A stretch of DNA of 64,000 nucleotides from IMG/VR virus record IMGVR_UViG_3300037484_000435, positions 352,001 to 416,000 of that record. One strand, given 5' to 3'. Shown here one piece after another: positions 10,062 through 20,481 of this stretch; position 1 is the stretch's first letter; each line of letters opens with the position of its first letter. This stretch comes from a virus. Its lineage: Duplodnaviria; Caudoviricetes. A program made the translations under genes and the position numbers. The notes beneath the pieces are model-generated. The model had not been told where the DNA came from, searched no databases, and saw only the letters and a list, made by a program, of their open reading frames with translations.

Positions 10062-11060
10062 TTAGGATAACCTCTCAAAAACTTTATTCCATTTTCTCAT
10101 CAAAAATGGAACCTTACATTGTGACAAATCCTTAAGTGCTAGATCAGCCCTTGCCCCACCAAACTGGTAAGTATACGCGTCGTACCCATTACAGTGTCTC
10201 CTAAAATAAGGAGATGCTGGTTTATAATTAGTTGGTGGTGGATACCACAAATCAAATTTTCTTTTTATTGGAGATAAAATCTCTTGATTTCCGAGTAATA
10301 TCAAATCCAAGGATTTAGTTGTCTTGCCATTTTTATTTAACTTGGACCTATGGATAATAGAACCATCCCCGTCAATGAATCCGACGATAAAACATTTGAG
10401 TAAATAATCACTGGGAATATTTGGTAAAGGCATAAACAAGCTCTTACCTCGTGTAACATTAAAATTCTTATCTAGGTCAGATATCCACTGAGATACTCCC
10501 ATTATTTCAAGACAGCAGTACCTCTTTCCTTTAGCTTCCCCACCGTTATCTCCACACCTAATATTTCCTGTATAATCCACATCAGACTTGAACGCCTCTA
10601 GATGAACTAAGTCCTGCTCCTGCAGATTTATCTTAACTCTATTCCTAGCAGCCCAAATAAAACCATCGGCGGCAAGAAATCCAGCCCAATAACAAGAATT
10701 AGGTGTATATGTAGAAAAGTAATTTTGGTTAACAGAATATATCCTCCTGTGTGTTACACCTAGTTTCCCCGCAACAGTACGTAACGAATTGCAAGTATGA
10801 TTAGGAAATAATTTCTGTAACTCTTCCTTGCTAGTCCTATCATATACCTCTACCAGTAATTGTTTCTCCGATTCAGTATAAATGTTTCTATCATGGGTAT
10901 TAAAACTTAGTTTATTGTGGTGTGCCATATCCTTAATAGAATTCCACGGTCTATATGACAACAATTCCTTTAGCTCAGAAAAACGTCCTTGAGGATATAA
11001 CTCCCCAATCAATTTCTTCTCTTCTTCCGTAAACCTATTATTAACTCTTTTTTTCTCCAC
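10062..11060 (-). CDS. Double-motif LAGLIDADG homing endonuclease with two N-terminal Myb/SANT-like repeats
   Basis: YWAGFLAADG and FIVGFIDGDG; N-terminal FTEEEKKLI / YTESEKQLL repeats; GTG start at 11060 after GGAGG. Confidence 0.9.
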   Translation of the reverse strand: MEKKRVNNRFTEEEKKLIGELYPQGRFSELKELLSYRPWNSIKDMAHHNKLSFNTHDRNIYTESEKQLLVEVYDRTSKEELQKLFPNHTCNSLRTVAGKLGVTHRRIYSVNQNYFSTYTPNSCYWAGFLAADGFIWAARNRVKINLQEQDLVHLEAFKSDVDYTGNIRCGDNGGEAKGKRYCCLEIMGVSQWISDLDKNFNVTRGKSLFMPLPNIPSDYLLKCFIVGFIDGDGSIIHRSKLNKNGKTTKSLDLILLGNQEILSPIKRKFDLWYPPPTNYKPASPYFRRHCNGYDAYTYQFGGARADLALKDLSQCKVPFLMRKWNKVFERLS

Positions 11061-11106
11061 GCTGATGCCTCCCATTAAGTCATCTGAGTCTGTCGATCCC
11101 AAAACT

Positions 11107-11199
11107 CTATTTTGTCTCCTTATCTAACACTTCTATAATCGTGAGGATAATCCTCCCAATCGCTAGCCCCAGCTCTATTCCAAATAATAGTTGTTGCAT
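11107..11199 (-). CDS. 30-aa hydrophobic peptide MQQLLFGIELGLAIGRIILTIIEVLDKETK
   Basis: Hand-translated; AGGAGG SD upstream; fills the gap between two genes. Confidence 0.55.
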   Translation of the reverse strand: MQQLLFGIELGLAIGRIILTIIEVLDKETK

Positions 11200-11275
11200 A
11201 TTAACCTCCTACAATCAACTGGTAACCATTTCCTAACAATTACCTGTTTTTTTATATGAGGTTACGGCCCACTCC

Positions 11276-11755
11276 TTAAAATGTGTAAGTATAAACATCA
11301 ACGCTGTTTCCGTCACTTAATTCTGATACTAAGGGAAATATTTTCCAAGCACCAGTGCTCATAACTTCCCAACTTAAACAGATTGATAAGTATTTTCCAC
11401 TCTTTTGCACTGGAACCTTAACATTGGATATCTTGGGTGGTAAATACCCAATAACCACACCATCATTATCACAAAGAAGAGGTGTAACTAAACAAGCACC
11501 ATTATTCTGCGTATGAGTCACATAACAAACCAAATGAGAGTTGTCCCCCACTACCACAGAGCCAGATACCGAAGTAACGTCCATAGAGTCGTTGGTAGAA
11601 ACAGATAAACGAGAGAGACCACCTGCAATTTTTCCTGTGGTAATGCCTACGACCTGTATCTGTCTAGTGTGGCCCCCAACAATTTCAGATCCCTCGAAAG
11701 TAGCCACCCATGTATCTGGATTCCTTGTGCTAATGCCAGTTGCTTGTTCAGCCAT
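11276..11755 (-). CDS. Hypothetical beta-rich protein, probably structural
   Basis: ORF track; probable start MAEQ at 11755 overlapping the upstream endonuclease stop. Confidence 0.6.
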   Translation of the reverse strand: MAEQATGISTRNPDTWVATFEGSEIVGGHTRQIQVVGITTGKIAGGLSRLSVSTNDSMDVTSVSGSVVVGDNSHLVCYVTHTQNNGACLVTPLLCDNDGVVIGYLPPKISNVKVPVQKSGKYLSICLSWEVMSTGAWKIFPLVSELSDGNSVDVYTYTF

Positions 11756-12620
11756 TTCTAAATTTTCGCTCCAAAATCGGAAAGATTTTTTCGGGATTCC
11801 ATTTTCTGTCAAGTTTAGGAATATGAGGAATATTATATAGTATTTGTATAATCTTCTGTGCCTTCCGTCCAGTTAAAGTATAAATACTTGCTTTACTTTT
11901 TCCTGCTTGACCAACTTTGTTATCAATCCCCACATTGCCGATTTGGTTAAAGATGTCTCTGATCCAGATCAGCATATTATAGGTTCCTACTATAGAAAGA
12001 AAAGGACTCTGTGTTTTTCCATAAAGCCCTAGAGATCCGTCCCCGTCTATATACCCAATGATAAAGGGAAGAGAGTTTGATAAACTCAATTCAGGAGGCT
12101 CCAAGATGTTTGTCTTTCGAGGAATAACATTAAAACTATTTTTAAGATCACCTAACAACCTAGGCACGCCTGAAATACAGAGAGTAGCAGATTCATCTGT
12201 CTTACAATAACGAATAACACCAGAATAACTTAATTTCTCCTTTATCATTAGTAAATGGCCCTCGTCACGACGATTAAGGTGGATGGACACTGCTTTTTTC
12301 TTTTCATAGATATACCCATCGGCAGCAATAAAGCCAGCTATGTAAGAATTTAAAGTGTTAGGTTTACTAAAAAATTCTGAGTTTACCTTGTACTTAGGAT
12401 GACTCTTACTGCTCCTATTTAGATTAACGTTGTTTTTTTTACTTAATCCTAAAAATAAGGCACGATCTCTAATTGACCAAGCTGATCTTCTAGGAAGAAA
12501 GTAAATCATATCCTTGTACATAAGTCCATTTTCAAACTCTCGAATAATAGTTTGGTCCTCCTCGTCTGTCCAATAATTCGGCAATTTCTTCGTGGGCACT
12601 CCTAGATGTTTTTCTGACAT
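11748..12620 (-). CDS. LAGLIDADG homing endonuclease with N-terminal Myb-like repeat
   Basis: YIAGFIAADG and FIIGYIDGDG; YWTDEEDQTI repeat. Confidence 0.9.
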   Translation of the reverse strand: MSEKHLGVPTKKLPNYWTDEEDQTIIREFENGLMYKDMIYFLPRRSAWSIRDRALFLGLSKKNNVNLNRSSKSHPKYKVNSEFFSKPNTLNSYIAGFIAADGYIYEKKKAVSIHLNRRDEGHLLMIKEKLSYSGVIRYCKTDESATLCISGVPRLLGDLKNSFNVIPRKTNILEPPELSLSNSLPFIIGYIDGDGSLGLYGKTQSPFLSIVGTYNMLIWIRDIFNQIGNVGIDNKVGQAGKSKASIYTLTGRKAQKIIQILYNIPHIPKLDRKWNPEKIFPILERKFRNG

Positions 12621-12635
12621 ATCTTATCTCTATGG

Positions 12636-12965
12636 TTACCTCCAACCTAGAGCGAACACCCCAAAAGTTGCAGAACCAGACGCAGTTACGTAAATATCTG
12701 TAACAGCAAAGCTCTCCACAATACGCCCGGTATTAGCGGCTATATTAATCAAGTCATTTGTGTTGCTATTAAGTTTTATACCTATAGCAGTACCCCCGTT
12801 TGTTATGGTCAACTTTACTGGAGCTGTCACTGTGTCGAAGAATGTGGTATAGGTCTTCAGGCTATAGTCTGTCCCCCCAGAAACGGTAATATCTTGGTAA
12901 GCGTAACCAGTATAAGGTTTTGGATCACTTGACTTTCTTCCGCTGTAATTGAAATCATCAGACAT
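12636..12965 (-). CDS. Hypothetical protein, probably structural
   Basis: 109-aa beta-rich ORF in the head operon with GGAGG SD. Confidence 0.6.
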   Translation of the reverse strand: MSDDFNYSGRKSSDPKPYTGYAYQDITVSGGTDYSLKTYTTFFDTVTAPVKLTITNGGTAIGIKLNSNTNDLINIAANTGRIVESFAVTDIYVTASGSATFGVFALGWR

Positions 12966-12978
12966 AGTTTAGTCCTCC

Positions 12979-14385
12979 TTATTTTTCGCTCTTAGAAGAA
13001 GGTTTTTTCCGAGCCAGATCACGCTCTAAATGGAAGGCTTCTAGGGCATATTCCAAAGATTCGATCTTTCTAGTTAACCACTCCAAATGTTTTCTTTTAG
13101 CAGTTTCGTCATCCAGTTCACCGGGGTCTTCCATACTCTCATTCACAACAATTTCTTCTTCATCGGTTATGCTGTTACGAGAATCAAATTTCCAAACACC
13201 GTGGTCATCTTGGAACCAACGCCTACAACTTTTATCCTTTCTATCGCCCGCCGCCTCACAGGTAGCGTTCGCAAATAGACAAGAAATTTCTTCTTGGTAA
13301 CGGTACTGCAAGCACTGGGCCGAATGAGAAGTGATATCGTTTGGTGTCTTCGGAGGACTACTTGGGGCAGGAACCATAGTAGGAGGGGCGTCACGTATAG
13401 TGTCGATCTGCTCGGCAACTTCCACATTTGTATTCTCCACTACTGGGGTTATCGCTGCCTCTTCTACTTGAGGTTCTGTAATTGTAACTTCGGGTTGAGC
13501 TGTTTCCTCCGGTTTAATTTCTTCTGTTACTTGATGGACCATAACTGTCCCTCCATGTTCACGAATTGATTTCATATATGAGTCTACTTTACGTAAATCA
13601 AGAGTTGGTATTAAAGTTTGGGAAGATGCCGCCATTTTTAGATCCTCACAATCGCAGCTTGTACTTTGAATTGTACAGCTAGGACAAGCAGGCTGAATCA
13701 CAAGACCTACACCTCCCCAAGTAATATTATGTAAATACTTATAAATCTTCATTTGTTTTTGAGTTGCATCAGCAAAGATCACATTAAGTGTGTGGGCTCG
13801 ATTAAACTCTTCTTCGGACTTAAATTCACCCATCAATTGCTCTATAAACTCCCCCAACCCAAAAGCCTCGGCCTCGTCTAAACTTAGCATTGTGCCATTT
13901 TCTAGCAAAATTGAAAAACTTTCTAGATAACACTCCATACTTAGAGCGTAGGCTTTTCTTTCAATAGGGCTCTGTAGTGCAGGAAATCTATCAATATAAA
14001 CTAACCCTCCAATTACTACATCAATCGCCTGCTTAGCAAGATCTGCTTGGGAAGATTGGGCATACTGTGCAACATCAATCATACTATTATCAGATCTATT
14101 GACGTAAACTCCAGAATAAATATGACCTACAACTTTATCTATTTCATGCTCAATATCAACAGCTTTATAGAGTAAAGATGGGTAAGCTTTAATAAGCTCG
14201 TCATTGGCAAAGAAAGCTCTATTAAGATTAGGCCCGCTTTCACACATTTTACCAGCAAAAACAACTAGATCCTCTGTAACTACATCAGGAAACGCAATAT
14301 GCTTGTACAGATCAGGAATAGCCTTTCTGTTGATAGAAAAGTCAATGGGATATCCTGCTGTGGCCTTCAATTTATACTTATACAT
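12979..14385 (-). CDS. Prohead maturation protease
   Basis: N.NRAFF..DEL..A..SL..K.VDIEHE..KVVGHI and ALSMECY pattern; downstream of portal; acidic Pro-rich linker and Cys-rich tail. Confidence 0.7.
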   Translation of the reverse strand: MYKYKLKATAGYPIDFSINRKAIPDLYKHIAFPDVVTEDLVVFAGKMCESGPNLNRAFFANDELIKAYPSLLYKAVDIEHEIDKVVGHIYSGVYVNRSDNSMIDVAQYAQSSQADLAKQAIDVVIGGLVYIDRFPALQSPIERKAYALSMECYLESFSILLENGTMLSLDEAEAFGLGEFIEQLMGEFKSEEEFNRAHTLNVIFADATQKQMKIYKYLHNITWGGVGLVIQPACPSCTIQSTSCDCEDLKMAASSQTLIPTLDLRKVDSYMKSIREHGGTVMVHQVTEEIKPEETAQPEVTITEPQVEEAAITPVVENTNVEVAEQIDTIRDAPPTMVPAPSSPPKTPNDITSHSAQCLQYRYQEEISCLFANATCEAAGDRKDKSCRRWFQDDHGVWKFDSRNSITDEEEIVVNESMEDPGELDDETAKRKHLEWLTRKIESLEYALEAFHLERDLARKKPSSKSEK

Positions 14386-15307
14386 CAGTCACAAACCTCC
14401 TAAAAATTTCGTATTTCCTAGTAAGCCTTAGGCACTCAGAGTTATATAAATATCTAAGAATCCTTACCGCTCGATCTCCATTTACAGTATATGTAAATAT
14501 ATTGCCAAGCTTAACTAAATTAGCAATGTAATGATTATTTGGAGGCATGTGAGTATCCATAAAAACTTTGATAAAGGACATTGTCTGCTCTGTCCCTGCC
14601 CAACTTGCCCTCAACAGCTTTTTTGAGCCGCCCTTTTGAATACTAATACACCCATCCCCATCAAGAAGTCCTAGAATAAAAGCACGTTGGCATTCAACGT
14701 TTAAGTGGGTAGGTGGCTTCAAAGTAAGTGACTTAACGGGAGTAATCAAAAAATTTTGTTTTAAATCACTCACCCAGAACCCTCCACAAAAATCAAGTCT
14801 AAGCATATGGCTCCCAGTTTTATGGATTGGGCCCGTGAATTTCGTGAGCCCAACAATCTTCTCAAGATAATCTCGGTCTCGCTCATGAATATGGATGTTA
14901 ACAACCTTATTTTTTTGAATACACCCATCGCTGGCTATAAAACCAGCAACTTGACTATTTAGGGCGGTTGGGATGGCAAAAAATTTATAGTCATAGGAAT
15001 AAGTAATCCTCCCATCTGGTCTAGTCCCTACCAAGCCTAAGTATTTTATTTTATGATTTACATCAGTAGGTGTCCTTCCTGTAAGTTTATTAGATATTTG
15101 CTTATCTGTCATTACTAAGTAATTCTCAAGAAGAAAGGATTCTTCATCTGATGTCCATCTCTGATTCTTCAGAACCTTTAACTTACTTAAGCGTACATAG
15201 ACACTTGGTACTCCTCGACCTAGTATATTAGCTATTTCCTTCACAGTGTACAGTGTTCTATTATTTTTTAGAAATTCAATCTCTTGATTGGTCCAAGGCC
15301 CACTCAT
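14378..15307 (-). CDS. LAGLIDADG homing endonuclease with two N-terminal Myb-like repeats
   Basis: VAGFIASDG and FILGLLDGDG; PWTNQEIEFL and RWTSDEESFL repeats. Confidence 0.9.
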   Translation of the reverse strand: MSGPWTNQEIEFLKNNRTLYTVKEIANILGRGVPSVYVRLSKLKVLKNQRWTSDEESFLLENYLVMTDKQISNKLTGRTPTDVNHKIKYLGLVGTRPDGRITYSYDYKFFAIPTALNSQVAGFIASDGCIQKNKVVNIHIHERDRDYLEKIVGLTKFTGPIHKTGSHMLRLDFCGGFWVSDLKQNFLITPVKSLTLKPPTHLNVECQRAFILGLLDGDGCISIQKGGSKKLLRASWAGTEQTMSFIKVFMDTHMPPNNHYIANLVKLGNIFTYTVNGDRAVRILRYLYNSECLRLTRKYEIFRRFVTDV

Positions 15308-15312
15308 AGAAT

Positions 15313-17337
15313 CTACTCCTCCTCATAAGAACCTTCTTCTTGTTCTAGAAGGCTAGATAATAAAACTTCCTCGTTCTCTTTTTCCCGCTTCAATACGGAC
15401 AAAACCTGTTGCATCTTAGCAATGTCGGATAACGATAAATCACCAAATGTATTAGCCAAAGACGCAGCTTGTCTAATCTCCTCTTTGACCGTTTTGGTCT
15501 CCTTCTTGATAACGTGTTTTGTCTTACCTTCGGGGGTTGCAGGTGCCGGTGTTTTTGGTGAGGGCTGGCCCTTAGGACGCCCCTCACTAGGAGTACCAGA
15601 TGGGGTTTTCTGAGTAGGTTGCACATCCCCACCACCTCCAGCAGATTTCTGGTAAGGTGAACCAATGATACCAATATCCCCGTCAACAACAGACTGCTTT
15701 TCCTTTTTCATCATTTTCTTTTCGTATCCTGGGTCAAAACCAAGTAACTTGAGAACGGTCTCGTAAGAAGCTATGCGTCGGTCTACGATCCCCATTAGGA
15801 GGGTCTTTATTGCAAGCTCATCTTTAAGAACGAACGTATCCCAACGAACCGTCGGGTATCGTTTGAACCCGTAAGACTCAGCAATCAGGCTATATTCTCT
15901 ATAAAGCCAACGAGTTACTTGCCGACGTGCATAGTTTATCAAAGCAGTTAGTGATTTAACTGATAAACTTAGAGCCTCTTTGCTGGTAGACCCAATCATA
16001 ACTCCATCCAGTAAGGCACGTGGAACCCGCATAGAACCAGAGATATCAACTTCAGCCTGCTCAAATTTCTTAGCCCCAAAAATCTGGTCTATATTTTCTA
16101 TCGGCAAACGTTTAACCGACAGGGTATGATTCCAGAATACACCAAAGGACTTCTGTGCCGTATTAAATAAATCAGCTACTGCTTGTATCTCTTCTTCATC
16201 TGTAACAGGAAAATCTTTATCACCAATAGTAACAACAAGAATTTCAGATGTGATACCATCTATGGTACTGTAATCCGCTTCCCTAAGTGCTTCCTTATAT
16301 TCAACAGCTTCCAAGGCTCTCACCATAGGATTGATGGCGTATTTTTCATAAGGCATCCTTCTGTTATCTATGGCCCCCACACAATCTGGATCCAGCTCTA
16401 CATCTTCTCCACTCTTAATAGCGGACTTAATTTCTGGAGGAAGATTATCTAGGACATTTTTTTCTGCAGGGGTCAGGGCACCCTTAACTTCTTCACGCTT
16501 AACTAATTGTTCTAACTCAGGAGATATCCTTAACACTACCCTAGTCTGATTAAATACTGGAGGACCAACCAATTCTATCTCAGTCGGATTCAACACTGTG
16601 TAAGCAATAGGTATAAAACCTTTAGACCACCTTTTCTTTCGTTCCGCATATTCAAACTTTTCCTCATCCGCTTGTTTATCCAGAACTTCTCCCATTTCCC
16701 ATAAACGTTTGTTAATTTCATACTCCTCATCAGATTCCCCCTGAGCCTTTTTGGGAGCCATAGGTTCTGGGGGAGTATCCACTGGTGATAAACGGTTTGT
16801 TTGTGGTTCATACTTTCCTAATACCTTATAGGTACGCACAAAACCTGAACGGAAAAACTCATGGAATATCCATTCCAAAACTTCCTCCATATCTACATCT
16901 TGACACCAGTTATCATAGAACTCCTTAACCTTCATGTCTTCACAATCATTCTCAAAGCCTGAGATAGATAAGTCACATAAGACATCTACATAAGAACCAA
17001 ACACATCTTTAGACCTATAATAGGACCTGATACGCTCATAGATTTTATGCGGGGGTTCATTAACAACGTCTGGTTTAGTCAGGTCCAAATCAGAACGAAG
17101 TAAATAATCTCGATACATAACGGAGGCTCGTGCCTTATGTTTAGTATGATATTCTTCTGGAACACCCGCCACTGTGCCTTGGTTTTTTAAAGATGCTAAT
17201 TTAACAGGTTTAAATATGTAATGTTTCTTGCCTTCCCCTGCATCTACAACGGTGGCCAATTCAGCACCGGGATAGTCCTTTATATAATCAGCAACTTCTT
17301 TTTTAGCCGCATTCAGCGGATTTTTCTTTCTAGCCAT
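15313..17337 (-). CDS. Portal protein
   Basis: 674 aa between TerL and the prohead protease; portal-like size and helical pattern with a low-complexity GRP-containing C-tail. Confidence 0.75.
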   Translation of the reverse strand: MARKKNPLNAAKKEVADYIKDYPGAELATVVDAGEGKKHYIFKPVKLASLKNQGTVAGVPEEYHTKHKARASVMYRDYLLRSDLDLTKPDVVNEPPHKIYERIRSYYRSKDVFGSYVDVLCDLSISGFENDCEDMKVKEFYDNWCQDVDMEEVLEWIFHEFFRSGFVRTYKVLGKYEPQTNRLSPVDTPPEPMAPKKAQGESDEEYEINKRLWEMGEVLDKQADEEKFEYAERKKRWSKGFIPIAYTVLNPTEIELVGPPVFNQTRVVLRISPELEQLVKREEVKGALTPAEKNVLDNLPPEIKSAIKSGEDVELDPDCVGAIDNRRMPYEKYAINPMVRALEAVEYKEALREADYSTIDGITSEILVVTIGDKDFPVTDEEEIQAVADLFNTAQKSFGVFWNHTLSVKRLPIENIDQIFGAKKFEQAEVDISGSMRVPRALLDGVMIGSTSKEALSLSVKSLTALINYARRQVTRWLYREYSLIAESYGFKRYPTVRWDTFVLKDELAIKTLLMGIVDRRIASYETVLKLLGFDPGYEKKMMKKEKQSVVDGDIGIIGSPYQKSAGGGGDVQPTQKTPSGTPSEGRPKGQPSPKTPAPATPEGKTKHVIKKETKTVKEEIRQAASLANTFGDLSLSDIAKMQQVLSVLKREKENEEVLLSSLLEQEEGSYEEE

Positions 17338-17357
17338 TTTCTATCATCTCCTTTTAA

Positions 17358-19130
17358 TTACCACATCCCGTAAGAACCGCCACGCGGTGTTATAATACCC
17401 ATAAGAGGCATCCTTTTAACAGGCCCTAATAACTTCTTTGTCATCGTATAAGTCACAAAACATAACATCAACCAAGCGGAATAAAGGTCCTTATGTCTAA
17501 CAAACCCACCACCAGTTTTAGGTAAATCATAGTGGGTCCTACCAGTTCTTGTCTCGCTCGGCTCTATACTTATGATTTGATTCATCATCTGGACAATAGT
17601 CTGGTAATCTGTGTGCTTTGCATTCAAAGCCTTATCTGAGGAATCTCCCTCCATAGATATAGTAGGAAAGGCAATTTCTCTTTTTTGTAACATCCCATAC
17701 GCGTATTGGTGAGCATCATCCAACCACGTAGGGCTAAAATCAATTTTCTGCAAAATATGTCGTCCTTTCTGCCCTCGGTAAGATTCATCATCCATATCAA
17801 ATATAGGAGCATAATTGGTACCATCTTTAGAAGTCAAACCTTTTGCTAAATAATCTATTATCTGAAGACCGCCACCGCCTGCGTCTGCCACAATGTGGAT
17901 GGGGTTAAATAAACGAGCCAACTCAAACAATCTCTCAACCATATCGGGGGTAAATGCGTCTTTCCCAAAATACTGCTCGGCCCTCACCACCTTCATTCCA
18001 GCATGGAGGTCATACTCAGCGATAACAATAGCCATAGCATCATTAACTCTGGCTGTGTCAAACGCCATAATATAAGTTTTTCCGGGTAATCCACTAGAAA
18101 GTATCTTTAAGGAATTATCTTTACACTTATCAACGTCGGAAGCTTTAAAGAACCCACCAGAATCTGATATCCACGCGGCTTCATATTCCATACGAAACTG
18201 TAGTGAGGACATATCTCGTTTAGCATCTTCAATACCTGCCTTTACTAACCACCCCTCTTCCAGAGACCAGTAAGGAATCTGAAATGTCGCGTAATCCATA
18301 GGATTATCCGTATAGGTTTCATCCAAACCGTCAGAATCTGGCCTCCGTATTCCATGCATACGATCCGAGTATTTACAATATAAACCATAAACCCAGTTGA
18401 AGGAGAAATACCCAGAAAGAAACATATGAATCTGGTTAGCCCCCGAACCCTTGTCCAAAAAAGACAAAAGTTGAGCCTTCTTCTCATCAGAGAAGTTTGA
18501 CGCTAAGATTCTTTTTTTCTCTTTAATAATTCTGACTTGTTTTGTAGGTTCCAAGGCACTAGCACCAAAAGGCCTCAAAACAGTCTGGAAGGTGTCCTCT
18601 GGAATAATGTTCGCCTCATCTAGTATAAGGGTATGCATACGGTTTCCACGAATCCTAGCCCCATCTGCTAATGGTAAGCCTATAATAACAGAGGGATTAT
18701 GCCCAGAAACAGCTTTGAAAACGAGGCGGCAGGAATCATTTGAAATGATGGGGGCACGTTCAGTACAAGCCTGAAGTAATGGGGAACGACTCCAAATCTG
18801 TGTAATTTCTTCAAATATCTGTTTAGACTGTCGAAAAGAAGCCGACATACAACCAACACGTCTACCTGGGTAAAGTAATGCCGTCAAAGTAGCCAAAGTA
18901 GCTGCCCCAAAAGTCTTACCAAAACCACGACATGCAACATTAATACTATTACGTGCACGCCAAATCCTATTTATAACTACTCGTTGTATAGGGGACAGTG
19001 AGAACCAATCGGTCTCTGTCTCTGAAATTGGGTTATAAAGCAAGTCTCTCGCGGCCAACGCGGGGTAACGTCTCCAAGCATCGACCAAATCTTTGCTTGC
19101 TGAAAATATATCTTGGTTTGGTGACCGCAT
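17358..19130 (-). CDS. terL: Terminase large subunit
   Basis: Walker A NVACRGFGKT, Walker B LILDEA, FRMEYEAAW linker, nuclease AFDTARVND and HKDLYSA. Confidence 0.92.
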   Translation of the reverse strand: MRSPNQDIFSASKDLVDAWRRYPALAARDLLYNPISETETDWFSLSPIQRVVINRIWRARNSINVACRGFGKTFGAATLATLTALLYPGRRVGCMSASFRQSKQIFEEITQIWSRSPLLQACTERAPIISNDSCRLVFKAVSGHNPSVIIGLPLADGARIRGNRMHTLILDEANIIPEDTFQTVLRPFGASALEPTKQVRIIKEKKRILASNFSDEKKAQLLSFLDKGSGANQIHMFLSGYFSFNWVYGLYCKYSDRMHGIRRPDSDGLDETYTDNPMDYATFQIPYWSLEEGWLVKAGIEDAKRDMSSLQFRMEYEAAWISDSGGFFKASDVDKCKDNSLKILSSGLPGKTYIMAFDTARVNDAMAIVIAEYDLHAGMKVVRAEQYFGKDAFTPDMVERLFELARLFNPIHIVADAGGGGLQIIDYLAKGLTSKDGTNYAPIFDMDDESYRGQKGRHILQKIDFSPTWLDDAHQYAYGMLQKREIAFPTISMEGDSSDKALNAKHTDYQTIVQMMNQIISIEPSETRTGRTHYDLPKTGGGFVRHKDLYSAWLMLCFVTYTMTKKLLGPVKRMPLMGIITPRGGSYGMW

Positions 19131-19131
19131 A

Positions 19132-19779
19132 TTATCTTATCATCCCATCTACAGTAGTTTGGTACTTATCTGGTCCAGCCTCTTCTGCCTCTTCCTTCTC
19201 CATAATAGCCAACTTTTCTGCAATAGATGCGGTTTCCCCAACCTCATACGCCTCTAATAAATCCAATATAGTAATATTTCCACCAGCCTTGGGGTCTATA
19301 CGCACATTCCTGTTGGTAGCCAAACTATCACTTAAACTTTGGTTCCTTTTCTTAAGTTTATCTATCGTTGCCATCACGTCAACAATAGCAGTCGGATTTG
19401 CCTTTGCCTTAGTTTGAGCATCCGCCAAGAGCCTATCTTCCATAATAATATTCTTACATAACTCCGCAACATTCTGTATGTCAGCGAAAGTAATCTTATC
19501 ATCATTAGAAAGCTCTTTTAGGTGTAGTTTAAGCAATTGTAAAAATCGCTTAGTTTCATCATTACTAAAAACTTTCTTGGTTGGTATAATTACTTCCAAC
19601 ATCTCTGGCGGAATCTCTATCTCGATCTCGGTAGTAATAGCCTTTATCATTTTAGCTTGTTCAGCTGACTGCTTACCTTGACTATATTGACGTAAATTCG
19701 CCCTAGATTTTGGGTTATAATTTTTCGTGTTTGTTTTAGCCTTAGGGGGCCGTCCCCTAGGTCTACCAGTTGTGGCCAT
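19132..19779 (-). CDS. Putative terminase small subunit with N-terminal AT-hook-like motif
   Basis: Immediately upstream of terL; GRPRGRPPK; helical body; probable start 19779 after GAGG. Confidence 0.5.
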   Translation of the reverse strand: MATTGRPRGRPPKAKTNTKNYNPKSRANLRQYSQGKQSAEQAKMIKAITTEIEIEIPPEMLEVIIPTKKVFSNDETKRFLQLLKLHLKELSNDDKITFADIQNVAELCKNIIMEDRLLADAQTKAKANPTAIVDVMATIDKLKKRNQSLSDSLATNRNVRIDPKAGGNITILDLLEAYEVGETASIAEKLAIMEKEEAEEAGPDKYQTTVDGMIR

Positions 19780-19780
19780 T

Positions 19781-19987
19781 TTATTCCTCAACCTCGTCAT
19801 AGGGGGCCCAACCTGCTCCTGCTGACTCCTGAAGTTTATCAAAAACTATTTGTAGCTCTGGGTAGTCTTCTTTCCAGTAATGAACTGCCGCAAATAGCTT
19901 GTCTAATTCTACCTCATTCAAAGTAAGCTCCAACTTAAAAGTTTCTGGTACATCTGTAAATTTTCTCATTAATAAATATCCCTCCAA
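19781..19987 (-). CDS. Hypothetical protein
   Basis: 68-aa ORF in operon context. Confidence 0.5.
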   Translation of the reverse strand: MEGYLLMRKFTDVPETFKLELTLNEVELDKLFAAVHYWKEDYPELQIVFDKLQESAGAGWAPYDEVEE

Positions 19988-20481
19988 TCGTCCATATGAA
20001 AACCTTCCTCTTCTATCGGTGAACCCTTATAAAAACCCTCTTTCATGTCACTCTCGGAACATATATCGTTTGAAGTATTAAATTCATCGTAATTGTCCCT
20101 AATCCATCTACAAATCTCTATCCTACTATACCCACACTTATCCAACCATTCAGCTGTGGTCATCGGAACATCCTTTTCTTTCTTTACTCCACTGTATTGA
20201 TTTAACAAATCAGCTGCGATAGAGTTTTTAGGTTGCTTCTTTGACTCAGATATCTTTTTCCTCACCCCTAAGGGCTTGGGTATCCCTCGGAGGGATTTAG
20301 ATATTTTTTCTTTAGTCTCGTCATCCTTTATCCTGTCCCGCATTTTATCAGCAATCTTATCTTTTGTTTCTTGAGAATGTTGATAACCCGGTTTTCTCCC
20401 ACGCTTTTTCTTATCCACGTTAGCGTAACGTAACTTGCCATCCATAATATCAAAGACGGATTGAATATATGACTCACTCAT
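19969..20481 (-). CDS. NUMOD3-motif DNA-binding protein (no nuclease domain evident)
   Basis: HSQETKDKIA, DETKEKISKSLRG and VRKKISESKK NUMOD3-type repeats. Confidence 0.7.
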   Translation of the reverse strand: MSESYIQSVFDIMDGKLRYANVDKKKRGRKPGYQHSQETKDKIADKMRDRIKDDETKEKISKSLRGIPKPLGVRKKISESKKQPKNSIAADLLNQYSGVKKEKDVPMTTAEWLDKCGYSRIEICRWIRDNYDEFNTSNDICSESDMKEGFYKGSPIEEEGFHMDDWRDIY

